NCBI GenBank assembly: GCA_951406725.2
Contig: OX597822.1
Span: forward strand, 68,138,001 to 68,202,000
Source: Octopus vulgaris
Lineage: Eukaryota
Direction: 5' to 3'
Length of the DNA stretch: 64,000 nucleotides
Both the position numbers and the translations under genes were made by a program. This document shows positions 30,925 through 45,862 of the stretch, one piece after another (within the stretch, counting starts at the first letter, position 1; every line of letters begins with the position of its first letter). The notes beneath the pieces were generated by a model, which was not told where the DNA came from, ran no database searches, and saw only the letters and a list, made by a program, of their open reading frames with translations.

Positions 30925-31460
30925 TTTTTCAGAATGAGATAAAAATCCAAGGCTGTGAAAGATTTTAGAAAATTTACAAATAGAAGGACTTACAGTTATT
31001 TCCGGGATATTTTAAATATGCCTTCATCGGAGACGGTCTGAGAAAATGGTTAAGAAATAGTTAATTTAGATAGGATATGAAATAGAGAGTGAAATGGATA
31101 AATGAAAATAGATGTGGGATATGCAGGGATATTGCATCTGTAAATCCATTATTTAGGCAGAATGGTCTACCTATAAGATTGAAACTTACTCACAATGTAT
31201 TGTAATCTTTATATGTATACCATTCTGCCTTAATAATGGATCTACAAATGCTATATCCCTGCATATCTCACATCTATTTTCATTTCTCCACTTCACTCTC
31301 TATTTCATATCTTATCTAAATTAACTATTGCTTAACCATTTTCTCAGACCGTCTCCGATGAAGGCATATTTAAAATATCTCGGAAACAGCTATAAGACTT
31401 TCTATTTATAAATTTTCTAAAATCTTTCACAACCTTGGATTTTTATCTCATTCTGAAAAA
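30925..31460. mobile_element. Fold-back Penelope-like pLTR with ~255-bp inverted arms
   Basis: 30925-31180 mirrors 31204-31460; each arm holds a hammerhead-like motif; followed by (TA)n. Confidence 0.85.
31351..31398 (+). ncRNA. Minimal type-I hammerhead ribozyme motif, CCGAUGA variant (mirror copy 30987-31034, minus)
   Basis: GTCT-CCGATGA-stem II-GAAA-CAGCTA-TA-AGAC; stem I is GTCT/AGAC; the two arms together imply a palindromic ACAGCTGT stem III. Confidence 0.65.
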
Positions 31461-31466
31461 TAAATT

Positions 31467-31527
<61 letters not shown>

Positions 31528-31722
31528 GCAAACACTTTTTATAATTATGAGTATGATTATAATTAGGGTTCAGCAAAACATTTGCTTCACCACACACCGA
31601 AATTTAGAAATAGCAGCCAAAACTAGCTATTTCTCTACCATGAGAGAATCTCCCAGTCAACAATACTCAACAACCCACGTAAGCAAAGAGAAAAAATAAC
31701 GAATTCACCCGGCTTTGATTAA

Positions 31723-31805
31723 CTGCAGACGCGTTTCGGAGTTAGATAGATATGAAAAATGCAAAAACTACATTTCCACCCAATCATTCTCGCTCTTCGG
31801 TACAG
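31723..31805 (-). ncRNA. Hammerhead ribozyme motif with long stem II, CCGAAGA variant
   Basis: CTGTA-CCGAAGA-[~56 nt]-GAAA-CGCG-TC-TGCAG; stem I CTGTA/TGCAG, palindromic ACGCGT stem III, GUC site. Confidence 0.65.
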
Positions 31806-31826
31806 TATTTCAAGATGGGCGTGTCT

Positions 31827-32356
31827 TCAAAGTGACACTGGGGTAAAATATACGAAGCCCAGTATACCCATCATGGCTACCTGTCTAATAAGGGTAGACA
31901 AGACACATGCATCACAACCACATGTGCGCAACATAGTGGTCTCATATCAAGATAAACAGCACATGACCTTGCAGGTGGGGCCCAGTTAGAATTTTCTTCT
32001 GGTCGAGTAGCCCATCTCGCTCAAAAGGTCCTTGAATAGAGGTTGTTTGAGGATGTCGAACGAAATACCCATGTTTCCAAAGGTGAATTATCTAAACCCC
32101 AAAGAATCCCTCTCAACACATGACTTTGATGCTCCCCCACTATTTCTGCTCGTGATCAGAGATGCACATATCGTCAGCAAATAAAGGACATGCTCTACTG
32201 GTTGAGATCAAACAACTAACAAGCAAATCTGTGGTATTGAGCAAAATATTTGCTGTAGCCGATCTTTTATACCAAGACAAAACAAAGTACATGGTAACAC
32301 TTCCAATCGGTTAAGATCAGAAGCCACGAGAGCCACTGTCTGGTACTGCATCAGGG
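31827..32356 (-). mobile_element. (TAA)n-associated ~550-bp element, copy 4
   Basis: Reverse complement of 17925-18450, ending TGGTACTGCATCAGGG. Confidence 0.85.
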
Positions 32357-32359
32357 AAT

Positions 32360-32390
32360 TATTGTTGTTGTTGTTGTTGTTGTTGTTGTT

Positions 32391-32423
<33 letters not shown>

Positions 32424-32453
32424 GCTGTTGTTGTTGTTGTTGTTGCTGTTGTT

Positions 32454-32513
<60 letters not shown>

Positions 32514-33030
32514 CTTGTTGTTCTTGTTCTTGTTGTTGTTTCATCTCTACAAATACTACCAGCTTCACTTTAACACTATGATTTCTTGTCGCACAACCGA
32601 TACCAACACAAAGGATTTCAACATCATTATCCCAATCATCAATACTCACCACCAACAACAACAGCACTAATTTTCAGCACCCCCACCCACCACCACCACT
32701 ACCATCATTACTTGCATCATTGTCGCTGAAATCATTACAACCATTGCAACCATCCCAGCTGTCACCCCCACCCCATCTACCTCTCTAATCATTTACTAAC
32801 GCAACCACATTGTCACAACCATTCTCACCATCGCCTTCATCGCCAACACCCGACATTACCATCGCCGTCTCATCAGTACCACAGCATCCCCACTGCCATC
32901 GTAGGCAATACCATCACCACCGTCAGTATCATCATCATCATCATCGTTACCATCACCTTCATCTTCATCATCGTCTTCATCATTATCATCATCGTCGTCG
33001 TCGTCATCATCATCATCATCATCATCATCG

Positions 33031-33062
<32 letters not shown>

Positions 33063-33430
33063 GTCGTCGTCGTCGTCGTCATCATCATCACCATCATAAC
33101 CATCAAATTCATCATTAATATCACTACTACCACCAACATCTCCATCACCTCTACAACAACCACCACTCTTCCCCACAACCACGACCACTACAGCTAATCT
33201 CATTAGCACCATTATCCACCACATCATCATCATCGTCATCATTATCATTATCATTATCATCGTATTCATCATCACCACCGCTACAACCACTACCATCAAT
33301 ATCACCAACATCACCACCATCACCACTACGATAGCCAATCTCAGTGGCATCATTATCAACTCCATCATTAACATCATCACCAACAGCATCATCACCACCA
33401 CCAACCCCGTATCTTTCGCCATCATCGCAG
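32360..33430. repeat. (TTG)n and (CAT)/(CAC)/(CGT) trinucleotide low-complexity tract
   Basis: Direct reading. Confidence 0.9.
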
Positions 33431-33439
33431 TAGTTGACA

Positions 33440-33610
33440 GCTGTGACGTGATGGACGCAAGTGACACGAAGATGTTTCGCGAGCGTTTGTGTGTGGCGTA
33501 ACGAAAGTGGACATCACGTGATCACGTCGTCAATGACGTGTTTTCACAAGTGTCAAGACAGTTCAGGTCATTTGAAGACAGACAGGTCACGGGTCATAGA
33601 GGTCAGTGGT
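33440..33610. promoter_or_regulatory. Candidate enhancer with nuclear-receptor half-sites, E-box and CRE-like sites
   Basis: AGGTCA-C-GGGTCA-TAG-AGGTCA (33584-33605), ATCACGTGAT (33513-33522), TGACGT at 33444 and 33534. Confidence 0.35.
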
Positions 33611-34049
33611 TGCAGGACAAGTACTTTTGTCGTCTGGGTTACATGTCATTCCGTTTTCGTAATTACATTCACAGACGCACACATACAGAGAACTACAAAC
33701 ATAAACACACACACATGCATGCACATATATATACATACACACACGCGTACACACATACATATATACATGCATACATTCATACATACATACACACACACAC
33801 ACATATATTCCTACATACATATATACACACACATACATTCATACATACACACATTCATACACGCATACATGCAATCATACATATATTCATACATACACAC
33901 ACGCATACATTCATACATACACGCATACATACATGCATACATACATTCATTTATATATAGATACATTCATGCATACGCACACACATGCATGCATTCATAT
34001 ATACATACATACATGCATAAATACATACATACATTCATACATACATACA

Positions 34050-34131
34050 TTCCAATAAGGAGCTTTGGATCTAGGTTAGAAACCAGCTCTTTCTCTATTG
34101 CCAAGAAATATTGAAATATAACTAAACAATG
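34050..34131 (+). mobile_element. Short 3' end of a REL-type LINE in (CATA)n
   Basis: Matches 34641-34720. Confidence 0.75.
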
Positions 34132-34300
34132 ACATACATATATCCTTACATACATGCATACATACATACATACCTACATACACTCACACATACTACATAC
34201 ATACACACATACATACATACATGCATACATACATACATGCATGCATACATACATACATACATACATACATACATACATACATACATACATACATACATTC

Positions 34301-34720
34301 ATGCTTCTGTATCCAGACTATAAATTCATATTCATACCAATAATAATTGCAACACTAGGTTTTGTTAGTAAATGCTTAAAGGAGAATATGGATAAGCTGG
34401 GATTTTCAGAAAGAGAAATCGACCGACTAATTTGTACATTATAAGTGCAATCTGTAAGTGGAACAGTAAAAATATGCAAGACTTTTCTCAAATTCCAATG
34501 GTGAATTTGTCTGTGTTGACTACATCCTAAAGATGGAGCCTTGTATCTTTGATGGAAACCGGCTCCCTCCTCAGTGGAAGATTTATGATAATTAATAGAA
34601 GAGACATACATGCAAAAATACCCTGCTGTTGATGTTGAAATTCCAATGGAGGAGCCTTGGATCTAGGTTAGAAACCGGTTCTTTCTCTATTGGCAAGAAA
34701 TTTTAAAATAAACTGAATAG
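34301..34720 (+). mobile_element. 5'-truncated REL-endonuclease non-LTR retrotransposon (R4/R2/NeSL-like) in (CATA)n
   Basis: LLYPDYKFIFIPIIIATLGFVSKCL..L*VQSVSGTVKICKTFLKFQW* resembles REL element C-termini; 3' UTR ends in GACATACA. Confidence 0.75.
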
Positions 34721-34859
34721 ACATACATTAGACATACTGAATAGACATACATAGAAACATAAGCGTGTGTGTGTGTGTGCGTGTATATAAATATATACAC
34801 ATATATATATACATATATATACATAGATATAGATATATATATGTATATATATATATATA

Positions 34860-35205
<346 letters not shown>

Positions 35206-35214
35206 TACATATAC

Positions 35215-35294
<80 letters not shown>

Positions 35295-35530
35295 CAGAGT
35301 AATCACAAAAATGCGAAAGAAGGTGGAAAAAATAGTATTCGAATACCAGAGGTAGAGTAATATGCTTTATTAAAAAGCAGCAAAAATATCACAAAATCTG
35401 TTACTCAGAGTTTCACGGTCCCGTTCGTCGGACACTTTTGTTTATCATTCAAAATAAAACTGTCCAACGAATGGGAACGTGAAACTCTGAGTAACAGTTT
35501 TTGTGATATTTTTGCTGCTTTTTAATAAAG
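35295..35530 (-). mobile_element. Diverged copy of the same pLTR family in opposite orientation, with its own inverted arm
   Basis: 35365-35440 mirrors 35456-35530; minus motif CCGACGA-ACGGGACCGT-GAAA-CTCTGAG-TA-ACAG. Confidence 0.82.
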
Positions 35531-35549
35531 TATATATATATATATATAA

Positions 35550-35584
<35 letters not shown>

Positions 35585-35648
35585 TGTATGTATGTATGTA
35601 TGTATGTATGTGTGTGTATGTATGTATGTATGTATGTATGTATGTATG

Positions 35649-35679
<31 letters not shown>

Positions 35680-35774
35680 CAGCATTAGCATGAATATTTT
35701 GAACACAGAAGTGAGAGAAACTGGAAGAAATGAAAATATAATTTAAGTAAAGAACAAGTTTTATTAACTTCGCT

Positions 35775-35950
35775 TGATAACCGGTGTTCGTGTTCTTACG
35801 TCCCCGTAACTTGGCGGTTCGGGAAAAGAGACCGATAGAATAGTACCAGGCTTTTAAAACATGTAATGACTGTGTTTGTTTCGTTTGATTAAAATTCTTC
35901 GAGGTAGTGTTCCAGAATGGCCGCTGTCTAATGACTGAAACAAGTGAAAA
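35775..35950 (+). mobile_element. SINE group A, 3' half
   Basis: GTCCCCGTAACTT..GAGACCGATAGAAT..ATGACTGAAACAAG. Confidence 0.75.
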
Positions 35951-36450
35951 GATGGTGGTAGGGAGAGATGGTGGTAGGAGGAGATGATGGTAAATGCGAT
36001 AGCCGTTATGATGGTGACAGTGTCAAAAGCATCGACAGTATTTGTTGAGAATTTGGTGGTAATATTAAGAAGAATAACACTGGGGTTATTAGATCACTGC
36101 AAGGGAGATATTTTATATCGTGACGATCAGCTTTTGGTCTGTGATCCCAGGTCAGAGGTCATGCTACACTAAACGCTCCACGGGACCAATAGTCTGCAAT
36201 CATTTATTTGAAGTCGTTTGATACAGATGATGTCATCTAGTTAGCGACAATTGTCAATGTACGGACACCCACGTAGTTTATAGCACACATACTCACACAA
36301 ACATACAACTGTTTTCAGACACAGCTTTTCAAAGACAAAAGTACATACACATGCACACATACACGCATAAACACACACATTCACATTCGCACACACTCAC
36401 ATGTATGAGTGTGTGTATGCGCGCACATATACATAGATATGCATATACAG

Positions 36451-36481
<31 letters not shown>

Positions 36482-36567
36482 AATGAATACATGTTTCCAT
36501 GTATATGCATACATGTGTATGTATATATCATATATATGTATGTATGTATACATGTATATATATATCT

Positions 36568-36637
<70 letters not shown>

Positions 36638-36689
36638 TTAAATATCTTTAAATTGCTTCAGCTGCTGTCATACTGGAGCACCATCGTTG

Positions 36690-37046
36690 GCTATGCTACA
36701 CCATTATTTGAAGCCTCCTCTGTCATGTGGCATTTGGTGAATGAGTTTACTGCCGTGAGGTAGGCTCATCTGGAACCCTTGACTGGAGATCCTGTTTTGT
36801 TATGATGACACCTACATCAACACTATGCACGTCTCTCAGGCATTTCGTAAGTATATTAAAGAGCTGTGGGCCCTTGAAACTTAAGCTGTTGCAGTATCTG
36901 GTCTTCTATTTTGATGGCGATGTTGGGATCTTTGGCACTATGCAATGGCTCCCCTTTCTGCTGTTTATGTAACTTCCAATGCAAAACTTTGCTACAAGGC
37001 TTCCAGGATTTTTCAGATATATATCACAGCGTATCTTTCCCGCCTT
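36690..37046 (-). mobile_element. CR1/L2-type LINE 3' fragment
   Basis: Minus translation pieces [42 protein letters not shown]; same type as 2190-2750. Confidence 0.8.
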
Positions 37047-37056
37047 CATATATATG

Positions 37057-37097
<41 letters not shown>

Positions 37098-37150
37098 ACA
37101 AATATATATATATGAATATATACATATATATATATACATATACATACATA

Positions 37151-37182
<32 letters not shown>

Positions 37183-37568
37183 CAAACATATATACATATA
37201 TACATATATGTACATATAAATACATATATATACATACATATATGTATATATATATATATACATATATGTATATATATATATACATACATATATATATTTA
37301 TATATATATATATACATATATAAACATGTATGTATATACATATATATACATATACATATATATCTATAAATACATATAAATACATATATATACATATAAA
37401 TACATATATATACATACATATATGTATATATATATACATATATGTATATATATATATACATACATATATATATTTATATATATATATACATATATAAACA
37501 TGTATGTATATACATATATATACATATACATATATATCTATAAATATTTATATTCATATATATGTATA

Positions 37569-37600
<32 letters not shown>

Positions 37601-37884
37601 CATATACTTATGTATGTATATGCACACATTACACGCGCATATAGAGAGAGGGTGGGAGGGCCGAGGTGAGAGACATAAACTCATCCTGTATACGTACGCA
37701 CTTACGCCTCTGTATATATGTGTGTGCGCGTGTGTGTGATTGCGTGTGTGTGCGTGTGCGTGTGTAAATCTTTGAATGTGTATAAAGAAAAAAACGTGAT
37801 TGCGTGAGTATCCGCGCTTGTGTGTATGTGATTGCATGTGTGTATGTGTATGTGTGAGTGCCGGTGTGAGTGAGAGAGAGAGAA

Positions 37885-37925
<41 letters not shown>

Positions 37926-38074
37926 ATGTGTCTGTGAGTGATGCTGGAGAGCATCCTTCATTAGAGTCATTTGATTCTTCATTAAAGAATTGTTGCATGT
38001 TTCTTTCTCTATAACAAGGCCAAGCTTAAACTCTTCGGTACCTACCACAATAAAAAATAAATCTCACGTAACAA

Positions 38075-38136
38075 TGATAGCAGCAGCAGTAGCAGGAGGT
38101 GGAAGAGGTGGAGCAGGAGGAGGTAGTAGTAGTAGT

Positions 38137-38218
<82 letters not shown>

Positions 38219-38505
38219 ACGGTAGAGGCGGTGGTGACGGTGGCCCAGGCGGAGACGCAGATGGGGGTGGAAATGGAGGCGGAGGTGGAAGTGGAGGTGG
38301 GGGCATCAGCGGAGGCAGAGGCAGCGGCGGCGCAGGCGGAAGCCGTTGGCGCAGGCGGGGTCTGCGACACAGGCGGAGGCAGTAAGTAGAGCAGGCGAAG
38401 GCAACGACGCAGACGGCGGTGGTGCAGGTGAAAGTGGTGCAGGTGAAGTTGACGCAGATGAAAGCGGCGGCACAGGAGGAGACGGTGACAGAAGCAGCAG
38501 TGGTT
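38075..38505. repeat. GC-rich trinucleotide-derived tract ((AGC)n, (AGT)n, (GGC/GGA))
   Basis: Direct reading; open in several frames on both strands. Confidence 0.85.
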
Positions 38506-40083
38506 GGGAAATTCATTGGATGTGATTGACATGCAATATTTGGTAGTGCAGAGCTAAATATATAGTCGCGTTTTGTTTTTTGATATCATCTTGTGATTTT
38601 TGTGCTTTCATTTTGATTTTGAAAAGATGTCATTGATAAATAGTATTAATCTTTTCGTCTTTTGCAAACACAGCTTTGTGAATAGAAATTATGATTCCTG
38701 CCGCTCTTGTAGCGTTCAAGCTGAAAGCCAGACTTAATTATGAGGTGCTTAGCAGACCTTTCAATAATTTGTAAACTGCATAGAGACTTCGAGATTTTTT
38801 TTATTTGGAAAAAAATAAACTAAAGGATTAAAATTATAAGAGCGAAGAACAAAACAGCGCATTTTTAAAATACTGTTTGGATTTGATACTTTGACGTGTT
38901 CGCCAAGAGTTGCTTTAATTATATAGAGACACATTGCTCACTCTAACCTGGCTCCTTTAAATATTAGGAAACGCGAACATGAGACCACCATTTTGTTTCT
39001 TCCTTCCATTTTTTTCTTTCTATATTTCTATATCTAATTTTATTTCAGGTTTCCTTTACTGACATAGAGTATGCTTTCGTTGTTTCAATGTAAATACTTT
39101 CTACTGAATTTTCTGCTCTCCCCTGCTTTATGTTTGTTCTGTGTTACTCTGACCTAAACGTTCTGGGCTGAAATATTTCTGGGAGAGAAGTGAGAATCGA
39201 TAGAATAATTCAATAACGTTAGGCTTCCTTACTCATTTTCTTCCCCGGTAAAACGGTAAAATATAATACAAACTTTTATACATATATATATATATATATA
39301 TGTACAGAGCGATAGTAACGCAAGTTAAACACGCTTGGACTTGATATACAAATTATACATACATATACATATGTATATAGGGATATATATGGAGAGAAAC
39401 AAAAACTGGAAATATTCAGATGAACACTCGTGTGTAATCATATAAGGATTTATACATTTACAGGAAAAATTTACGCGAAGTACCAAAAATACAAGAAATT
39501 AAGGGAAGAAGGCATGGAATTTTAGGTCAGACAGCTGTTTCTAGGGGATTGGAATTACGTAATAGTTTTAACGTTGGCAGATGAATGTGCAAAAAGTCAA
39601 TGATATGCAAACAGTACTCAATGCATATAAGCATTAGCGTAAAGTTGGTTTCCGCCTTCAGGGTGCAAAGTTTGCAACTAGCTTGTATAATGTATTATGA
39701 AATATAGACAGATGCCAAGTTTTTAGTGAGTTCGAGAAGATCAAAATGCGTAAGACAGAACCAGGGAAGCTAGAGGCAGGTAAGGAGCTGTGCTACTATG
39801 TAGAAAGTTAATAGTATGAAAGGTTATTAAACCAAATGATAAACCTGTGATAGTCGAGTATGGGTATTTAATAGAAGAGTGGTGTGATCCTCCTGAATTT
39901 TAGAAGATACTTGTCAATGTGAAGGCAATTTGTAAAGAACTCTGATCCTGCATTTAGATAATTTACAGAATTGTTGGAGTCACTCAGTATGGAGCTTTTC
40001 GAAGTAATTACAATTTTCAAAGTCAGCACTGCTCTTTCTCCCATCTTTCTGTATCTATTTATCTATCTATATTTCTATCTATC

Positions 40084-40177
<94 letters not shown>

Positions 40178-40179
<2 letters not shown>

Positions 40180-40570
40180 AGTGGTTGTGTAGTAAGTAGC
40201 TTGCTTACAAACCACATAGTTCCGGGTTCAGTCCCACTGCGTGGCACTTTGGACAAGTGTCTTCTATAGCCTCGGGCCGACCAAAGCCTTGTAAGTGGAT
40301 TTGGTAGATGGAAACTGAAAGAAGCCCGTCGTATATATGTATATATATATATATGTTTGTGTGTCTGTGTTTGTCCCCCCCCCCCCAACATCGCTTGACA
40401 ACCGATGCTGGTGTGTTTACATCCCCGTAACTTACCGGTTCGGCAAAAGAGACCGATAGAATAAGTACTAAGCTTACAAAGAATAAGTCCTGAGGTCGAT
40501 TTACTTGGCTAAAGGCGGTGATCCAGCATGGCCGCAGTCAAATGACTGAAATAAGTAAAAGAGTAAAGAG
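40178..40570 (+). mobile_element. SINE group A
   Basis: Colinear with 877-1291. Confidence 0.92.
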
Positions 40571-41267
40571 TACATACATATGAGTATGCGTGCTTATGTG
40601 TGCGCATGTTGGCGTCTTCGACGTGATATTTGTCTTAGGTTTTGTCAGTGCCGTCATCATAATAATTTTTATGTGTGTTGAGCTAATTGTTTTGGTTGTT
40701 GTTGGTTTGTTGCCATTCTTATATAGATTATTTACGTCTATGCCTGTGATTTGTTTCGTAAAAACAAAGATGAGGTTTGAAACAATTGTGCATCTCCTGG
40801 CGCTATGGAACAGGAATTCGACTATTTATTGTATTATTTTAATGAGAACTTGTGTAAACGTCTGGTGCAGCTGGCTCAGAATGTCTCTCTAATATTTTCA
40901 TTTCTCATTTGCGCAAAACCAGTTGACCTTCCAGATATTTATTGATATCAATAGAAATCTAGGAATTATAAAATACAATTATCAACATATTCAAGCATTC
41001 TGGGGTTTAGAGAAATACACAATGAATTTAAAGAAGACATATTCATAAAAATCAAATGTAAGGAAGTAATTTTTGTTTGTTTATATTGCTGTCATAAAAT
41101 GCTCCGTGCAAGAGATATTGCTCTGTAAATGCTGGTTGACTGGGGTGGGGGAGAAGGGGAAGAGAAAGAAGAAGCAATTCTGTTGGTGTCTTTATCAACA
41201 GACTGTCTACAGATTTTGAATTCAAAAATAATAGAATTATTGAATAGTCAGCTAGCAAGACAGGGAA

Positions 41268-41312
<45 letters not shown>

Positions 41313-41407
41313 CAGACAGAGACAGAAAGAGCGAGGGGGAGCGATGTTGAGAAAGGCGAAGCCTCCTTTATTGCTGTGTTGTTGATGCTGTTATTTAACC
41401 CCGGGTT

Positions 41408-41710
<303 letters not shown>

Positions 41711-41722
41711 CAAAAAAGGGGG

Positions 41723-41808
<86 letters not shown>

Positions 41809-42026
41809 TTTTCGAGATGGGAAATAAGTAAGTAAATATAACTTTACTTTAATCTCGAAACGCGTATGTAGCTAATCTGAGTCGTGTGGATTCATTATTT
41901 TTTTCTTTTTGCCTACGTAAAAAAGTGTATTACTATCTCGGAGATCTTTGTAGTAGTAGTAGAAAAGGCATTTAGCTCCTATTTCTAAATCAGTACATGG
42001 CGAAGCAATTAGCTGACCCTTGATTG

Positions 42027-42030
<4 letters not shown>
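41809..42030 (+). mobile_element. Probable Penelope-like pLTR stub with the 3' half of a hammerhead
   Basis: GAGAT..ATCTC-GAAA-CGCG-TA; the CUGANGA box is missing; ends in (TA)n. Confidence 0.45.
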
Positions 42031-42061
<31 letters not shown>

Positions 42062-42065
<4 letters not shown>

Positions 42066-43025
42066 TTTCAGTTTCCGTCCACCAGATCCACTTACATGGC
42101 TTTGGCTGACCCGACCCTATAGTAGAAGGCACTTGCCGAAAGTGCCATACAATAGAGCTGAAGTATGTGGTTGGGAAGCAAGCGCCTTAGCCACGCCTGC
42201 GTATATGTGTTTTTTTCAAATATGGAATTTAAAACTTGTAGACGAGAAGTAAAATTGAAGTAGGTTCTTATCGCCCAAAATATACTAATTCTATATTTTT
42301 CTCTTACTGTGGATTTTACGACGTGTTGTTGTTACTGTGCTTGCTTGTGGTATGGCTGAGAAAATGAATCGAAGTCAGAAGATTGTATTTGGTTAATCGT
42401 ACATGTTCAACCTTAGTTTATCTTTCATTTTTTACTTACTTCAGCCATTTGAATGGAGCCATGCTGGAGCCCCGTCTTCAAGGGTTTTAGTCAAACCAAT
42501 CGACTCCTGGACTTATCTTCTCTTTCCTTTTTTTTTTTCTTAACTTCTGGTACTTATTCTATCGGTTTCTTTTGCCGAAGTCACTAAGTTATGGGGATGT
42601 AAACTAACCAAACCGCGTCAAGCGGGGGCGTTCAGATAAAGGTTCAGATAAAGGTTATAAACCTCATAAGAGGATAATAAAATCCAATGAAAATACTGGT
42701 TAGCTACCAAATCATGGAAAGTTCAGCTATAAGGTAACTATAAGAGAACCATATTAACCGTGGTTCATATATTTATATATTTAAAGAACAAGGAGAAAAT
42801 GAAGAGGTAATTGATAAAATATTATTTATTAATTATAAAATATGACATATTTTATAATTATATATATACACACACACACATGCACATACATACATATTCA
42901 AAGAGCTTTTTTCTGTTACCGTCTCACAAGGCTTTGGTCAACCCACTGCGTGGCACTTTACCCAAAGTGTCACACGATGGGAATAAACTCGAAGCCATGG
43001 GGTTGGGAAGCAAGATTCTTACCAC
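42062..43025 (-). mobile_element. Degenerate SINE group A copies (42062-42200 and 42425-43025, the latter interrupted)
   Basis: Recognisable group A head and tail motifs. Confidence 0.7.
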
Positions 43026-43188
43026 ACATAGATGGAATAACATTATTATGTACTATTTTTAGCGGCATATCGTCTTTCTTTATTATCTGAGCCCCAAAGT
43101 CAGAGAAGCTCAGGAAGAAATATTGAGGGATATTTGGGTATGACTACAATTTCTAGTAGACTGAACGAAAATAGTAAAAGGCTCCCTT

Positions 43189-43680
<492 letters not shown>

Positions 43681-43681
43681 A

Positions 43682-43731
<50 letters not shown>

Positions 43732-43839
43732 AAATATGTAAATATATTCATATGTGTGTGTGAGTGTGTATTTACATATGTATGAATACATATAAGGCTA
43801 TGAACGCACGTTCACACACACACTGATGCACACACGCAT

Positions 43840-43886
<47 letters not shown>

Positions 43887-44620
43887 CGTGCATATGACAT
43901 ATTCACAAGCACGTATACTGACATATATACATACATATATGTATGTATCTATGTATATATTTATATCGCTACAATTGAAAATATCTTCAATCAATAGAGT
44001 TCAATATATGTTTAGTATGAATATTTAATCTCCATTTCTCTAAAATATATTTCTCCCACCTGTCTTTCTACATCTTAAGTATTATACTTTCCACCTGTGT
44101 TTTAAACTTCCTCCAAATTTTCAGATCGTTTCTTGAAAAAGAATAAAGAGAGAACAAGCAATCTCCGGAAACGAATTCTGGCTCTTAAGCTGTCACTTAA
44201 ATCGCCTCTGTTTTAGCATTTTCTTTTGCCTTTCCGGTAAAACGGAGAATCGAATAGAAAGATAGAGTAACTGTAAGAAAAAAAAAATTATCAAATGATG
44301 AACAGAGAAAGAGAAACACGTTTAGATCACAAACAACTTTGCCCTCGTTTTCCTTCTGGAAAAATCCAAAATCCAAGATATTTTCTCCAAATAGGTTTCT
44401 TCAACGACAGAGAAGTTTAATATCATAGGTGGTTGTTTGGTGGTGAAATGGCTAAGTCTCGTAAGAACTAAGCGCACGAGATAACGAGATGTACAGCAAT
44501 GACCCGCTCTAATGGCAGTGTTTTTATTTAACAAGATAATAACTGCCAGTAATCTAAACCTAAACCAAAATTGCTTTGTAAAATATAGGCAATATAACGA
44601 AAGGCTGCTTCGTGCTCATA

Positions 44621-44677
<57 letters not shown>

Positions 44678-44794
44678 ATGCGTGTGTGTGTGTATGTGTG
44701 TATGCATGTAAATTATATCTGTATGTGTATGTACGTGTGTTGTACATGTTGCATGTTTATAGGTGCAAAAATATATAAATATGCTTGTATATAT

Positions 44795-44840
<46 letters not shown>

Positions 44841-45725
44841 CATACATAAACATGTATGTATATATGCACACATATATATATGTATGTATATATATACATA
44901 CATACATACATATATATATGGATGTATACACACACTCACACACATACGCATGCATATATATATATATATAATCGGTACATTATTGTATATCATTTATTTA
45001 TCCGCACTTGCCACTAAACATAAGTTTGTGAGAGTGTGTATGTGTGTGTATGTGTGTGTGTGTTTGTGTGTGTGTATGTACGTGGGTGTGTGTATATTGT
45101 TGTGCATAAAGAACTAATGCCATTTATGTTTATACAAAAACAAGAATAGAGATCTGTGCTATGCCTTCACAATATTAGTTCCAAAGCAAGCTGTAGAAAA
45201 CAGACGATAAAAAGAGCTGATTCTCTTTTCTATGTATATATACATATAAAATACAAGATAACACAAGCCCAATTTGCTACGTAAATTATTGAAATCCAAT
45301 ATCATTTTCTTTGTTGCTTGACATTAAGACGATGAGGTAACCATATGAAGAGAGATCGGGCAACATACTTAGAATCATTCAGCATAGATAGGACGAGAGT
45401 GCTTTGAATATTTTGTTATGCTGTTTACGTTCTGCGTTCAAATGCCGCTATACCTCGTAGGAATGATTACTTTACATATCGTTCTCCTGAAGTCGCTGAA
45501 ATATGTAACAAGCCTATGCTGGAGTCAATTTGATCACCTATGTTGTCCCCAAAATATTTGTGACTCTAGCCGTGTATTAGAAAGGATATAGTTACATAAT
45601 TATTGTACATATGTTTCTATTATAGATATTTATAAAATAAATAGCCGTCATTTCATCGGCAACTGAATTCTAAATGTTTGTATCCTTAAGCATTCTGTTA
45701 CATATCCCATCGAAAGTAAATCTAC

Positions 45726-45862
<137 letters not shown>

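Noticed and set aside
34641-34685. Hammerhead in the LINE 3' UTR (GAAACCGGTT)
   Set aside because: The CUGANGA box is absent, stem I does not pair, and the sister motifs lack NUH.
37990-38532. Gly/Ser/Pro/Ala-rich ORFs in a GC-rich patch
   Set aside because: Derived from trinucleotide repeats, open on both strands, with no splice context or domain.
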